A stretch of DNA of 64,000 nucleotides from the NCBI GenBank assembly GCA_002269645.1, contig NIVC01000137.1, positions 372,001 through 436,000 on the forward strand. The letters are read 5' to 3'. The translations under genes were made by a program, and so were the position numbers. The DNA is from Macrostomum lignano (Eukaryota). The notes beneath the pieces were generated by a model. The model did no database searches and was not told where the DNA came from. It saw only the letters and a program-made list of their open reading frames with translations. Below are positions 47,037 to 61,270 of this stretch, in pieces. Each line of letters begins with the position of its first letter. Within the stretch, counting starts at the first letter, position 1.

Positions 47037-47387
47037 TGCTCTATTGATATTCATAAAGCTTTTTGTTCAGAAATAGTTTTAAAGGCAGGTTTCACCAGAA
47101 AAATACACTACAGACATAGGAAATTTCACAATTTTCAATACTAAACAGTGATTGGGTCTCTTAACAGTGTCAAAGAAAGTTCTAATCACATTATTTTGTG
47201 TCTCACATGTTGCTATACCAATGCATTAATCCTTTTTTCATGTTAAATTAGTTTTATTGGAAAAAACATTTAAAATAATGATTAGACTAGGCCCTAATTT
47301 AACATGAAGAATTGATTAATGCATCATTTAAAACTAAAACTTTAAAACTAATTCTGAACAAAAAGCTTCATGAATATCAATAGAGAA
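47037..47387. mobile_element. MITE-like palindromic element with nested inverted repeats
   Basis: CTCTATTGATATTCATAAAGCTTTTTGTTCAG (47037-47083) is inverted at 47341-47387; inner pair at 47221-47251 and 47294-47324. Confidence 0.55.
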
Positions 47388-50192
47388 TAGTTACCTTCAA
47401 AACATTTACCATAGATTTTGAGTGTAGTGTCCTATATATATATATATATATGTTATTTGAATATTCCTTGGTTAAAAATTGGGGCCTGACTAGATTTTCT
47501 AAGCCTGTGCTTCATTATATTAATTGGATATTGAAGATTAGATATAGGCCTATATAAATCAATCTCAACTCACTATAAAAAATCTGACAACCCTAAAACC
47601 TTTCCTTATTCAGTATGCCTCAATGATTAGGCTTAATCTAAAGACAAATTAATTTGGGTTGAAGTTAAATAGAAACAGAGCTTAAATTAAAAAATAGCAC
47701 CTTGAAACTGTTTTGGCCAGGCCTTAGAGACAAAATTACAATCCTATTTGAAACTGAAAGTATTACTAGGGGCCTATATCTAAGTTGAAGAAGTCCTAAA
47801 AGCTAATGGTTTAAGTTTAAGCATAAGAATTTTTGGACAGCTATTGCTAGGTCTACTACCTACCTACTACTTTCCCTTATTATAATAGGCCTAGATATAT
47901 ACATAGGCCTACCCGCCTACCTAATTTATAATTGAGTCACCAACAACAGACTGGTGAGGCTGACTGGATGCCATCGTGTGGATGGTCTGGACCAAATATT
48001 AATAAGAAGGCATTAAAGAAGATATTATAAAGACAGATGGCAATTTAGACCTCAATAAGTCATAAGCTGTGGATTAGAATCGTAGAAAATTTTTTATTTG
48101 AAAAGAAACTTATGAAAAAACAAATTCGTGTTAAATCAAGTCCAACTATGTTTTTATTTAATTTATGAAAAGAGTATGCTTAATTGAAAATCACTATGAA
48201 CTTTCAACTGTTTAAAAATTATGCTACAGATATATTCAAACGAAGAATAAAGACACACACATACTAAATTACAGCTTGGTAATAATTCAGCTAGTGTGCC
48301 GACAGCTGGCTGGAGTCTAGACCAGGCATTATAAGTAGCATAGAATTGAAATTATTGCTTGTAAAAGAGTCTTTATTTTCAAATTTTTTTATTTGTGCTC
48401 TAAATGAGAGGAAAATATAAAAGATGCTTATTGTAGAGATCATTGTGTTTTCATGAAGACTAATGATGTTACTAGGCCCTAATACAGGTTGCCATTCTGG
48501 TTTACTGTTAAAACTAATACATACAGTTCAATTGCCCGCTGTACCAATGTGATAAATGTACAAAATTGGTTTCAAGCGTCATTTGCGAAAAACCGTTTTA
48601 GTATACTACGAGTAATGACAAGAGGTGGTGTTGCATTTGGTATACATTACTAATTTCTTCAGAGAATGTGACTCTAAACAGTTCTACAGCAAGGGGCTTA
48701 AGTTCAAGTTCATTTGCAATCCAGTTACAATATATATGCAACTGGTTTGCGCTAAAAATCTATATTCTCACAATGCAGAGCCTGCATGGCTTTCGCGAAG
48801 CCACGTACAGTAGCGGTCCATACGAGATCGCGTGCAAGTATGTCTTAATGAAAACAACTATAAATTTCGTGCCAGTTCCAAAGTCCAGCGCACTACTGTA
48901 CTGTAGCTGAAGGCTGCATAACTTAGCACGGTTAAATTACTGCTGGCAGATATGGTGACTGAGTATAGTTGAGGGTCAGCTAAAAGAAACAGCAAAATGT
49001 AGAGCTCCGGAGCGCAGCGCAGTAAGCATTATTCTATATCAATAAGTACTAAGAGCTAAAAGAAACAGTTTAAGAACTGCGAGTTACTGTCGGAGCATTT
49101 CTGCATTTTGTCAAGCATGCTTCCGTGCTAGCTCAGAAGACCAGAGCGAGTCTCTTCTATAGGTTTGCAGAAGCCAGTTTTTTGATCCAGATATATTTTC
49201 TGCACAGCAAATAAAATTGTTTGACATTTGCCAAAAAATTTTGGTACATAAAATAGCGCAGATAAAAAACACAAAAAAGCAAAGAGCGGCAACTCAAAGT
49301 GAGACAAACAGCATTGGAGGGAGGGGGGCGACCTTCTCTTGACGGCCGTTGGGAGTGAATTTTGAAAATTAGTCTGGCAATTGCATGAACAAAAATTGCT
49401 TATGAAATATGTTTATAACTCAAATCTGTTTATTGTGCCAATGTGTGCCAAGCATAATTTAATTAAGTCAAATTAATAAATTAATAAATTTCTGTTTATA
49501 TATTATTTCTATAGCCGTGGCGCACTAAACAAGGCGAAAACATTTTAAAAAATCTTAGCATAATAATAAAAACTGAACAATGTTATTGTTAGTGCAATAA
49601 AATCAGTTTAGCATCGCATTTTGCTGGAGGCAATAGAGATCGGAGCTCAGAAGCAAGCAAAGTTGAGAGGCATCGATAATTAGTTAAGTTAGTTAAATTA
49701 TATAATAAAATTAATGTCACTCCATAGTATCAAATGCGTACACAAAATTAACAGTAAATTTTCTTATAATTTCCCAAGTCTCATCTAAAATGAATTAACA
49801 AAACTAGAGTTATTAAAAAGAGTTGGCAATAAATAAAATACACAAATCTAACACACTGCAAAAGTCCACACCAACGAAAACAAAAATTAGAAGAGTTGAG
49901 ATGTCAGAGAGAAAGGCTAATTAAAACAACTAGAAATTATCAAGTGGTGACACAAATAAAGTTATTTAAATTAAAGTCAGAAAACGCATCAATGAAAATT
50001 AGTTAGGGTGTAAAAGTTGAACTTTTTATGCCTACAGATTTTAATTACATTATATCACTTGGACGCAAAAATAGACAGTTTTATTAACGTTAAAATGACA
50101 AAATCCCTCTATCAGTTTCGAATTATTATTATTATCGAATATTTATGCCCATTCGCTTATCAGTTTTAGCAATCAGGAAAACCCCTTGTATA

Positions 50193-50496
50193 ATAATACT
50201 TATAATAATATTTGATTACACCTGCCCAATGGGCAGATGTGCAACCGACAGCTCAGCCGCAGCTATTGCACGGCGCATCTGAAGGCTGCGTACGGCTGTT
50301 CAGTCCAAGGACTGGGGAGTCGCCACACACACCCAATTACCCCAGCTAATGCTGGCACCCATTATACAACTGGGTGAACTGAAGCAATGCAGAGTTAAGT
50401 GTCTTGCTCAAGGACGCAAATTGTTCCAGTGGTATTGGGAATCGAACCCCCGACCTTCAAGTCGTGAGTCCGACGCTCTGACCCCTAGGCTACAAC
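50193..50496 (-). mobile_element. Full-length tRNA-derived SINE with (TTA)-rich tail and TSD
   Basis: Pol III A box (TAGCCTAGGGGTCAGAGC) and B box (GGTTCGATTCC); central TCCTTGAGCAAGACACTTAAC..CACCCAG..AATGGGT domain; flanking direct repeat CCCCTTGTATA (about 50182-50192 and 50497-50507). Confidence 0.85.
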
Positions 50497-50532
50497 CCCC
50501 CTTGTATAAAAAAGATTGAATAAACAATAAGG

Positions 50533-52383
50533 TCACTCCCTCTTACTGGCCCAATTCATATCGTCACTCCTCGGCTTGGCTCCCGTAGTCTTCTCAATCC
50601 AGTACTCCAGCGTGGTCCAGAAGCCGATCAACTCCAGCGGATAGTTCAGCCAGCCAGTGGTGATGCAGAAGTAGGTCTCGTGAGGCGACACGTGGTGAAT
50701 CCGGTGATGACGCTTAGGCAGAATCAGATGCATCGCTTGCAAAGCGTTGATGTACCATGGCAAACCGAAATAGGTGTGCGACCACTTGTGAAACTGGTTG
50801 GTCAGGCTCACAAATAGGATGAGCATGTACAGATAGGCTAGCCAATTGTATTCCGCCTGGATAGCGGCTTGGTCAGCTGACATGAGGCGAGCCGTCATGT
50901 AGGCCAGCACTGGCACGCATACGGCGAAGTTGTCCCCGTTAGTCTCGATGAAGTCGTGCCTAAAGTACACGCATGGTTGGGTAATGCAATATTTTTTAAT
51001 AACTATTAACTCATAATAACAGTAACAATAGTGTTGGTAGATACAAACATGTTTTATTAGAGATAAAACTGGATGCCAACAGAGACAAACTGGACCCCCA
51101 TCAGAGATAAACTGTACAGCCATTAGATATAAACTGGACCCCCATCAGAGATAAACTGTACCCCCATCAGAGATAAACTGTACCCCCATCAGAGATAAAC
51201 TGTACCACCATCAGAGATAAACTGTACAGCCATTAGATATAAACTGGACCCCCATCAGAGATAAACTGTACCCCCATCAGAGATAAACTGTACCACCATC
51301 AGAGATAAACTGTACCCCCATCAGAGATAAACTGTACCCCCATCAGAGATAAACTGTACCACCATCAGAGATAAACTGTACCCCCATCAGAGATAAACTG
51401 TACCACCATCAGAGATAAACTGTACAGCCATTAGATATAAACTGTACAGCCATTAGATATAAACTGTACCCCCAGAGATAAACTGGATGCCATCAGAGAT
51501 AAACTGGATGCCATCAGAGATAAACTGGATGCCATCAGAGACAAACTGGATGCCATCAGAGATAAACTGGATGCCATCAGAGATAAACTGGATGCCATCA
51601 GAGACAAACTGGATGCCATCAGAGACAAACTGGATGTTATCAGAGATAAACTGGATGCCATCAGAGATAAACTGGATGCCATCAGAGACAAACTGGATGC
51701 CATCAGAGATAAACTGGATGCCATCAGAGACAAACTGGATGCCATCAGAGATAAACTGGATGCCATCAGAGATAAACTGGATCCCATTAGGGATAAACTG
51801 GATCCCATTAGAGATAAACTGGATCCCATTAGGGATAAACTGGATCCCATTAGAGATAAACTGGATCCCATTAGAGATAAACAGGATCCCATCAGAGATA
51901 AACTGGATCCCATTAGAGATAAACAGGATCCCATTACACTAAGAACCGGAGAGAGAATTCTCACCTAGTGATGGCAGTGGGATCAATATGATGCTCGCGA
52001 AACGGTCGCAGGAAGGCCTTCCCAAGCACCGGGATATCCACCGAGCCCCAGGTGTCGGCGCCCCAGTGAACCAGGCCGGAGAAGAAGTCCGCAGTGAGAA
52101 TGCCTGCCAGAGCTCCAACCAGCACGCCAAACCAATTAGATGGATCGAAGCGGGCAGCCAGATAGGCACCGTTGACAGCCATGAGGCAGATGGCAGCGGC
52201 CAGACACAGTGTCTCCTGCACCCGCTTGGCCGGGGTGTAGCCAGCGGCCAGCTCCTTGGCACCGGCATGCTGGGAACCCCATCTGGGAGCTGAGTCAGTC
52301 TGCTCAGCCTGACTTAAGCTGTTCCCATTGGGATCTTCTTCGCACATTGAGCGCTCAATGATTGCCGAGTCATCTTTAGTCAT
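50533..52383 (-). CDS. PEDS1: Plasmanylethanolamine desaturase (PEDS1/TMEM189, CarF-like), two exons 51965-52383 and 50533-50959, ~281 aa
   Basis: Histidine motifs [70 protein letters not shown]; phase-2 GT-AG intron joins the exons in frame. Confidence 0.96.
51060..51935. repeat. Minisatellite filling the PEDS1 intron, 21-22-bp unit ATCAGAGATAAACTG(GATGCC/TACCCC)
   Basis: Tandem units with three variant domains. Confidence 0.95.
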
Positions 52384-52664
52384 TTTTAGTGTTTTTAATA
52401 TAAGTATGTTTATTGTAATATTTTTGGCTCTGGTCTAGCAGATCAGGCAAAGATAGCTGCAGAAGAATTTGTTTATATTTCTAATTATTTAATAATAAGG
52501 ATAATCAAACCAGAAAAGTATAAGGTGCAAAAATTATAGTAGCTCGAAGATACAAGAAGATCGATTCCAAGTGCAGTTTTCCAAGTGCATTTGGGGCTGA
52601 ATTGGAATCTCGGCTTGGCTCTGCTTGTGCAATTAATGCCCTTGAGGGAACATGCCTAATGAGA

Positions 52665-52862
52665 AGTTGTAGCCAAGTGGATAGAGTGTCGGACTCATTA
52701 CTGAAAGGTCGAGGGTTCGATTCCTGATCCCACTGGAACAATTAGTGTCCTTGAGCAAGACGTTTAAGTCTGCATTGCTTCAGATCACCCAGCTGTAAAA
52801 TGGGTGCCAGCATTAGCTGGGGTAATTGAGGGTGTGTGTGGCGACTCCCATCCTTGGACTGA
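52665..52862 (+). mobile_element. 3'-truncated copy of the same SINE
   Basis: TGTAGCCAAGTGG..GGTTCGATTCC..TCCTTGAGCAAGAC..GGCGACTCCCATCCTTGGACTGA matches the 50.2-50.5 kb copy. Confidence 0.85.
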
Positions 52863-54102
52863 TTCATAGACTCATAGCAAACATTTATCCATGACAAAAT
52901 TGCTTTAATAAGGTGATTTATAAAACTGAAGAAGGAATTGACTCTTAAGAAAGGAAAATATGCTTTTTAATGGGGATTTGCATGAATAATTTATGCTCCT
53001 TGCTTATTGGGTAGCCCAAAGGGGGGCACTAATAGATTGCTAGTTATTAAACAAATCCTATCTCTGCTATATAAACTTTTACTCTCCCTATATCTCTCTA
53101 TCTCTCTAAACTTCTATCTAATTTGCTCATTTTAACAAATACTGTTAACCTAGAAATTTTATACTAGATTTTTAGCTATCTTCAATGTCTTATTAGACTT
53201 TTAGAGGATATATACCAGGTATCTAGCAGAAAGCTTATTTTATAATGTTCAAATAGATACTATTTGAATAGCTTATTAATACCCAGGCTTTAAAGGCATA
53301 AATGTGAAATCAGAAGGTGCTATTATTGCCTAAGGATTTGCCATTTATGCCTATAAGCATGGGTATTACTATTATTGTGTTAGACATTTTTTACTTAATA
53401 AGGCAACAAGCAAAAGAATGAGAATTGGATATGAAGGCTAAGCCCTCATATTTCAACTGTAGACAATTTATATTAAAACAAAGCTTGTCATAGAGTTGTT
53501 AAATAATGTAAAGAAGTCTAGAAAGTCTGACTATAGTCTAGAAAAAAATTGTAGCATGGTATAAGAAAGAGAATATTTAAACTATGAAAAAATTAAATGA
53601 TAAACTTTAATGGCATTACTGAAGGAGAGATAGCTAGATTAGGCACCAATGAACCAGAGTTTGTGATACACATCTATTGGATACAAAATGGAATTAGCAA
53701 TTTTGCAATTTAATAGACTTCTAGCCATCAAGTCAAGCATCATCAAAGACTTCATTATTAGTGCAACTGATTATCCTCAATTGGACAAGATAGACTTGTA
53801 GGAGATAACTAATTTGAAGAAAGCCTCTGCTATATAGTCAACTGAAAAGCAGTGGAAATTTAAGCTAGAAGAGTAAAAAAAATTGACAGAGAGTTTGTCC
53901 CTTGACCTAGATTCAATACCAATGAGGTTTTTATGCCAGTATTTGAGGCTCTGACTTTCAACAATACAAAAGGCTAATGGTTCCATCTATAGTTGCAGCA
54001 TGCTATTATCTTTGGAGGCTGCCCTTTGTTGCCTTTTTGCTTATTAAATAGGGCCTGCCATTATTGAAAATCTCAAATTTATTGAGTTAGACAAGCATAC
54101 AT

Positions 54103-54257
54103 GCACAACCTTGGGAATCACCTGGCCATTTCTATTGGCAACATATACATGTAAGTTGCTATTGGCTGAGAGCAGTCATGTGACTACTATTTTTCCAATA
54201 GCCACTTACATGTGTGTGTTGCCAATAGAAATGACCAGGTGAATCCTTAGGTTGCAC
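54103..54257. mobile_element. Short MITE-like hairpin (~60-bp imperfect arms)
   Basis: CACCTGGCCATTTCTATTGGCAACA..CTATTGG inverted as CCAATAG..TGTTGCCAATAGAAATGACCAGGTG. Confidence 0.55.
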
Positions 54258-56160
54258 CCAAGCATGTGGACAAGACTTTCAAGCCTGCTTTCAAATTTTC
54301 ACTAAAGTAGCCTACTTTGATGGTTAACAGGGATAATGGACTAATTAATTTATAATAGAAACTTAACCAAGCTATCTATGTACTTTGACTAGGCTAAAAT
54401 AAATAAGTTGCAACATGAGATATTTAGTCTGATTTTTTTATCATTTTAGATATAAGGGATATGAGAGGATTAGATCTTTAAGAAAAAAGTTGTCATAAGG
54501 TGCCACAATGGAAAAGTAGAATATATTGAACTCAAAAGAAAAAAGAAAAATAATTTAGACAAAAAAATTTTCTTAGCAAAGAGTATCATATATGTGCAAC
54601 AGTTGACTGATCTGGCTGACTGATTTGGTGGCCAACCAAGGTAAGTTGCAAAAATGCCCACCCAAATAAATACCAAAGTAGTACTAAGTAGATGATGAGG
54701 CATTTTGCTTTGATAAGACAATCATAGTTACTCCTGCCATTTACCCAAAGTTGCATTAATTTTGCTTTAGGACTTCTTTTATATGAGAGTCACATTTTTG
54801 GCCAAAAACTATGTCACATTTTTTGTTAAAACTAAGTTGCACAGCCAACCAAATTTTGGAGATTGGGGATGTATGAAGAGTACAAGTACAAAGAAGCAGG
54901 TAGGCATATAACCATGATAACAATGATCATAATCTTATCAGAATAGGGATTTAATACTAAGCAGATTTAGGCTATTTTTAATTACTTGCCTCATAGCAAC
55001 TGATTTTCTTATTTTCTTGCACTAGGATTAAATTCTTGAAAAATCTAAATATAGCATAAAAATGATAAACAAATAAAAACTGAGGTAAAGTACAATAGCC
55101 ACCAAGACTTGTAGAGTTTACTAGGCCTATATAATTATACAAGGCATGAACCTATATGTCTCTGCTTTGAAAAAGCTGCATCTTCCAATATCTAGCTAAG
55201 CTGATCCTAGACCCCATTTTATAGTACCAACCCTTGAATTGTGTATTGTGGCATAGCAATCTAATATAAAAGAAAACACAATTGCTTATCTTTCTACCAT
55301 GTTTTTCCACATATTTTTTTTATTATATCTATAATTATTTTTGCATTTTTGCCTAAATAGTAGGCAAGCCTAGCAAAACTATTTAAATCTCTTAACCATT
55401 AAGACAGTAGATAGGCCTAACAACTGCTAGGCAACTTTGCCCTTTCTTGGCTACATCAACAAGTATCAAAATTTTTTTAGTCTCACTCATAAGCTTGCAT
55501 AGCTATTGGATTAGATAGATATGAATAGGCTTACCATCTATCAAAAGGTACAAAACTTTTTAGGAAAAAAGTTGTATAGTTTCCAAAACAGTAGAATTAG
55601 GGAACATTCTTTAAAAAAGTTCTGCAATATAAGATATTTACTTTAAAATATAGTATATAGTATTCTTGACAATGTGAAGAACCAATAAAATCTCAAGTTA
55701 AATTATATAATAATAATGGGAAAACTTGACTTCACTAGATTTATTTTAAAATTCCTGCAAATTTTCAAAAAACTATTTTCCTGCTTCTCTGCAATAATAC
55801 CCAGAATTCCCATAGTGCTACAGTCTTTGCAGCTATAAGAAAGCAGAAAGAATGGTTTTTTATACTAAGCAAGTCTTTAGAAAAAGACTATATATTTTCA
55901 ATTGCAATGATATTTGGCTTGTATAAAACCAAGAGACTAGATGCTATAGTCCTATTAAAACAAGTGGCTTTGGACTTGGAGTTGGTACCTGCTTCTATTG
56001 CTATTGAACCATTTGTTTCTACTTGACATGGAATACTTGATGGAAAAGTTGATGGAAAAGTTAATGGAAAAGTTGATGGAAAAGTTGATGGCCAAAGTTA
56101 TACTCGTCAATTATAGCCCCCCTCTATCTTATCTATGACTATATTAACTAAGTATTAATA

Positions 56161-57013
56161 CGAGGGGCGTCCAGAAAGTAGTGTTACTTTTGCTTGGTGT
56201 GGACGTATGGACAGTCACACTTGCATGTGCTTGGTGTCATTTGAAAGCGGCAAGTCTCTTCTTTAAAATGACACCAGTTGCAAGAGATTTGAATCTGTGC
56301 TTCAAGAGATATGGACGATTAAGTAGAGAAAGGTCAGTCATAGACTTACAGAACCTCAAAAATGTCAACAGAAAACTTTTACGATTTTTTCGATTTTTCG
56401 TAATCATGGGCTGTCTATGGCCAAATGTGATGCAGTGAACGAGAGGGGCTGTCTCATAAAACTACGAGACTTGTAAAACTGCTTCTGCTGCGCCTGCAAA
56501 GTTTATTGACATTCAATTTTCAATTGTGAACTGCAAATGGATGTGCATTCAAAGACTGGGCAGCGACATGCCATCTTTACACTTTGGAGCTCCGGAACCA
56601 AATCGGCTGATATCCACAGGCAACTTTGCACAGCTCATGGCGACCATGCTGTCAGCAAGATGACAAGTCTGCCAACCGATGAATGATTTTAATGTTGTTC
56701 GCTTGTGTGATAATTTGCTTGTTATCTGTTTCACCTGCTTCTGTACTGTACTGTTGTGTTTTTTGTTTTTTCTGGAGTAATTACGCTCGTGATAAAAGTT
56801 TTCTGTTGACACCTTTGAGGTTCTATAAGTCTTTGACTGACCTTTCTCTACTTAATCGTCCATATCTCTTGAAGCACAGATTCAAATCTCTTGCAATTGG
56901 TATCATTTTAAAGAAGAGACTTGCCGCTTTCAAATGACACCAAGCACATGCAAGTGTGACTGTCCATACGTCCACACCAAGCAAAAGTAACACTACTTTC
57001 CAGACGCCCCTCG
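56161..57013 (+). mobile_element. Internally deleted mariner (Tc1/mariner superfamily) element with ~220-bp TIRs
   Basis: TA|CGAGGGGCGTC...GACGCCCCTCG|TA termini with TA TSD; long inverted arms; internal transposase N-terminal relic. Confidence 0.9.
56537..56686 (+). pseudogene. Truncated mariner transposase N-terminal HTH (49 aa)
   Basis: MDVHSKTGQRHAIFTLWSSGTKSADIHRQLCTAHGDHAVSKMT.. fits the mariner xxEIHRxLxxVYGxxxxS motif; ends at a stop. Confidence 0.8.
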
Positions 57014-59639
57014 TACCACTAACACTAATAGAAGCTAATTGTTGTATTAAAAACAGAAACAATCAAATGTTTTAGCTATATATAAGTATGTAATATCAGT
57101 AAAATAACTAAATAGGTTTAAATAACTTGCAAAGATTTTTAGGACAGAATTTCTAAGAATGGTGATCCTCAAAGAATGGAAGTCCTCTTTGATTTTTCTT
57201 TAGCTATAACTAGATTTGGCCCGCCTAGTCGATTACAGTGAGTTTATATTATAGGGCCTAATTAAGGCTAATTTATATTGATTAGGGCCAGGCCAGGGGC
57301 AGGAGCCTAATTGTTATTATAATATATAAGTAGCTATTCAGTACAGTACAGCGAACTTTCAAAAAATTAGAAAAATTAGAGATAGGATTGAAAATTTATG
57401 ACCCTGTGCGCTTATATTCATTTAATATTACTATTAATATCTACCGATATCTCAGCTACACAGACATAAACGATCAATGACAATGATGATCAGATGATGA
57501 AGATTCATGAAAAATATCGATATATTTTTACCAGTTAAAAAATAACGTTGATATAGTGCTCTTGTTTAAACAAATATATTTCTTGCGGAAGTAGAACTTC
57601 GTGATCTGTTTGATTTTATCAAAAAAAAACAAAGTAAAAGTTTTTATTTTTGTGTTCAAGTCAGTATATTTTAAAATAATACTATTGCTATAGTAAATGG
57701 CAAATAGCAGTTTTTTAATATAAATAAGCTATGTAAAATAATTGGATTTATTAAGAGATTTTTGAGTAACTGAAGTCAAAATTAGGCACTTCTCGTTTGC
57801 TTAACGACAAAATAAAACCAAATTTATTTAAGTTAAAATGCAGAGAGAGTGCGCAAAAGGAAACCCAGTTGACAACTTAACAGACCTGTCACGTAATCAC
57901 CAGGAAGCATTGCATCGAAGAAGGTTTTTGGAGCGGAAAAGGGATGCAATCGGAAATGTACGACCTATTTTTCGTTGTTGTCTTTTGTATTGATGCCAAT
58001 CTTTCTGCTTTTTTAAGCAAGTTTGATTCTTTGTCGCTTCAATTTAAATTAAATTAAATGAGCCAATTACTACCTTTCTATACTGATATCTGAATAAAAT
58101 GCCATCTAATCAAAAAACTTCTTGACTTTCAGAACGCTACCAGTGCTTCGAGGGATTTACCTGTCTATGAGCCAAAAGAGTGAGCAAAGCATACAAGCAC
58201 AATTTTACACATTGCATGAATAGGTATTGGATAAAGTGCATTATTGAACTGCAATATAATAATTTCTATTTTTCCATCTTGAGCTAAGCATTGGTTGGCA
58301 ATGGCACCTCAATTTAGTACAGTCTCGATATATAACTGTTCGAAGCATGAATTACTGAAAAACTATGAATTTTCTCGAGGGAGAGCTGAAATTATAAAGA
58401 TTTCAAACACATATAATATTATTTGGCTTCTCAAGAGCTTACCACAGCTTCCTTGGCTTCAGAAATTCTGTTGAGTACTGCACATACATGTTACAGCTAT
58501 ATCCGGCAACTTCTAACTGGTTAAACTGAATCGCTTCCAGACCAGACGAAATCGACGCTGCCCCAGTGCCGCAGGTCTACGGCTGGAAGCACGGCGAAAA
58601 AATCCGTCACAGAAAGCTGGACAATCAGCCCAGAGACCAAATGACGCGGCTGATCAAGCTAACGGATGCTCAGCTTCAGAACAGCAGCTCATCGGCTGTG
58701 AGCACACCAAAGACTGAAAACGGGCGTACAAGGAAGAAGCATTTCAAAGTGTAGAAGTCGCGCTAAAATTCGAAGCAAAAGTACGGTCTGGCCAGACAGG
58801 AAAAAGTCACGTGATCTCTTATACCCGATAGTTTCACTCGTGCGTCACCTTTAATTGCATCTCACAAAAATTTGCTCAACTAACCAATCTCAACTGAAAG
58901 CCGCTTTCACAGTTTAATTATTTGTATAATCATTTTTTATTTTGCTTACGTTTTCTTCATTTTTTACAATTAGACAAGAAATCTGAGAAAGATTTTTAGA
59001 TTTTTAGATAACCGAGCTTTTTCATTCTGATCTTTTGGTTACTGCTTGCACCCTAGTTGCAACTATTTACTAGACAAAATAAACTATATTACGAGTACTT
59101 CACTTTTAAATGAAGTGACCAAAATACACGATATTTGATTTATTAGAAAGACGATTTATGCCGATTTAAAGTGACATTAAATTTCCCTTTGTAACTGCTG
59201 CTTCCCCCGTATTTTGTTGTGGGATTAAATGTGTCAGAACTTTCTGTAGCTATATCCCTCGTACGTGCGATGACAAATTGTGTAGATTAACAGTCTTTTG
59301 TAATGTCCAAACTACTAAATGATTTATAATTGGGTTGAATAGTAATTAGAACGCGTGCATAATATATTTACAATCATTTTACACGTGTTGTTGTCGCCCC
59401 CATGCAATAGCATATTTAGATTTAGATTGGGAGTCTAGTCTTAAATTCAGACAAATTCAGAAGTTTTTGAGAATTCTGTAGTAAACCTTAGGTATAGCGA
59501 CCTTACCTCTACGAAACTTAGTCACGGAGAGAATTAAAGCTGCACATGCAACGTTGAAAAAGGATTTTGAGTTGGGGAAAACGTATAGTTTATAGCAACC
59601 AACAAACAAACAATCTTGGTCGTAATTATCAAACTATGC

Positions 59640-60012
<373 letters not shown>

Positions 60013-60644
60013 GCCTCCGTCAGTGAGCCGCATGCCGTCGTCTCCTGTGCACCTGTTTGGCGCTTTGTCTAAACTTGAAGTGAGGGGATAAAATGTTTGC
60101 CCGTACGCTGCTTGTGCACACTTAATGGGGAACTACAGGCATGTGCAATTTCTAATCGTACATTCGTTACAGATTATTTGAGTTAATGAACAAACTTCGA
60201 TTTGCGGGTAGTGAGGTGGTAAGTCCACCCCGTCTGGCCATTGGGTGTTAGTCATTATAAGCTGGGATAGGATAGTCTGTCGACAAAAAGGGAACTTCCG
60301 AAAGGGAAGTTTAAGCCAGCCGAACAGACCAACAGGCCATAGTTTGTGAATCAGCAGTAATTTTTTTCTCTGAAATCATATTCGTACGTGCAGAGACTGA
60401 ACTTGTCAAAGAGGATGGCAGGTGAGATGGTTTTTTATACTTACTGGTGTTTTATCATATATATTTTTGTTACCAGATCTTGTGATTATTAACAGATATA
60501 GAATAAGACTCCGACATACTCGTAACTATAAAAGTGAAAATCTCTTAAAGCTTTTTGTAACCCGATGCAACAAATATATTTTATATAAGCAATTAGCTTC
60601 AAATCAGATATCAGCACTCATTTATTTCATATCAGGGGTCATTT

Positions 60645-61270
60645 TGGCCACTTGATAATCATGTTGGCACCTCGATGCTCATTTTGGCCCCTTGATGATC
60701 ATTTTGGCCCCTTGATGATCATTTTGGCCCCTTGATGATCATTTTGGCCCCTTGATGATCATTTTGGCACCTCGATAATCATTTTGGCCCATTGATGATC
60801 ATTTTGGCCCCTTGATGATCATTTTGGCACCTTGATGATCGTTTTGGCACCTCGATGATCATTTTGGCCACTTGATGATCATTTTGGCCCCTTGATGATC
60901 ATTTTGGCACCTCGATGATCATTTTGGCCACTTGATGATCATTTTGGCCCCTTGATGATCATTTTGGCACCTCGATGATCATTTTGGCCCCTTGATGATC
61001 ATTTTGGCACCTCGATGATCATTTTGGCCCCTTGATGATCATTTTGGCCCCTTGATGATCATTTTGGCACCTTGATGATCATTTTGGCACCTCGATGATC
61101 ATTTTGGCCACTTGATGATCATTTTGGCACCTCGATGATCATTTTGGCCCCTTGATGATCATTTTGGCCACTTGATGATTACTTTTGGCCCCTTGATGAT
61201 CATTTTGGCCCCTTGATGATCATTTTGGCACCTCGATGATTACTTTTGGTCACTCGATGATCATTTTGGT
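60645..61270. repeat. 20-bp minisatellite GATGATCATTTTGGCCCCTT (~31 copies)
   Basis: Tandem units. Confidence 0.95.

Noticed and set aside
50420-50496. tRNA gene
   Set aside because: The A and B boxes belong to the SINE head; it continues into the SINE core and lacks a proper acceptor stem.
43137-52383. NAA38 and PEDS1 as a trans-spliced operon
   Set aside because: Same strand but about 7 kb apart with TE-rich DNA between them; there is no sequence evidence for co-transcription.
53600-54050. Possible degenerate hAT transposase (a DTKWN* segment resembling TRWNS)
   Set aside because: A single short motif amid many stops is not enough without a profile search.
57880-58760. Possible small minus-strand exons (e.g. 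CAG|..LNRISEAKEAV|GTAAGC near 58.43-58.48 kb)
   Set aside because: I could not assemble a consistent reading frame or recognise a product; RNA-seq is needed.
60190-60350. Hairpin AACTTCC-GAAAG-GGAAGTT and nearby pairings as a self-cleaving ribozyme
   Set aside because: I could not fit the hammerhead, HDV-like, twister or pistol core on either strand.
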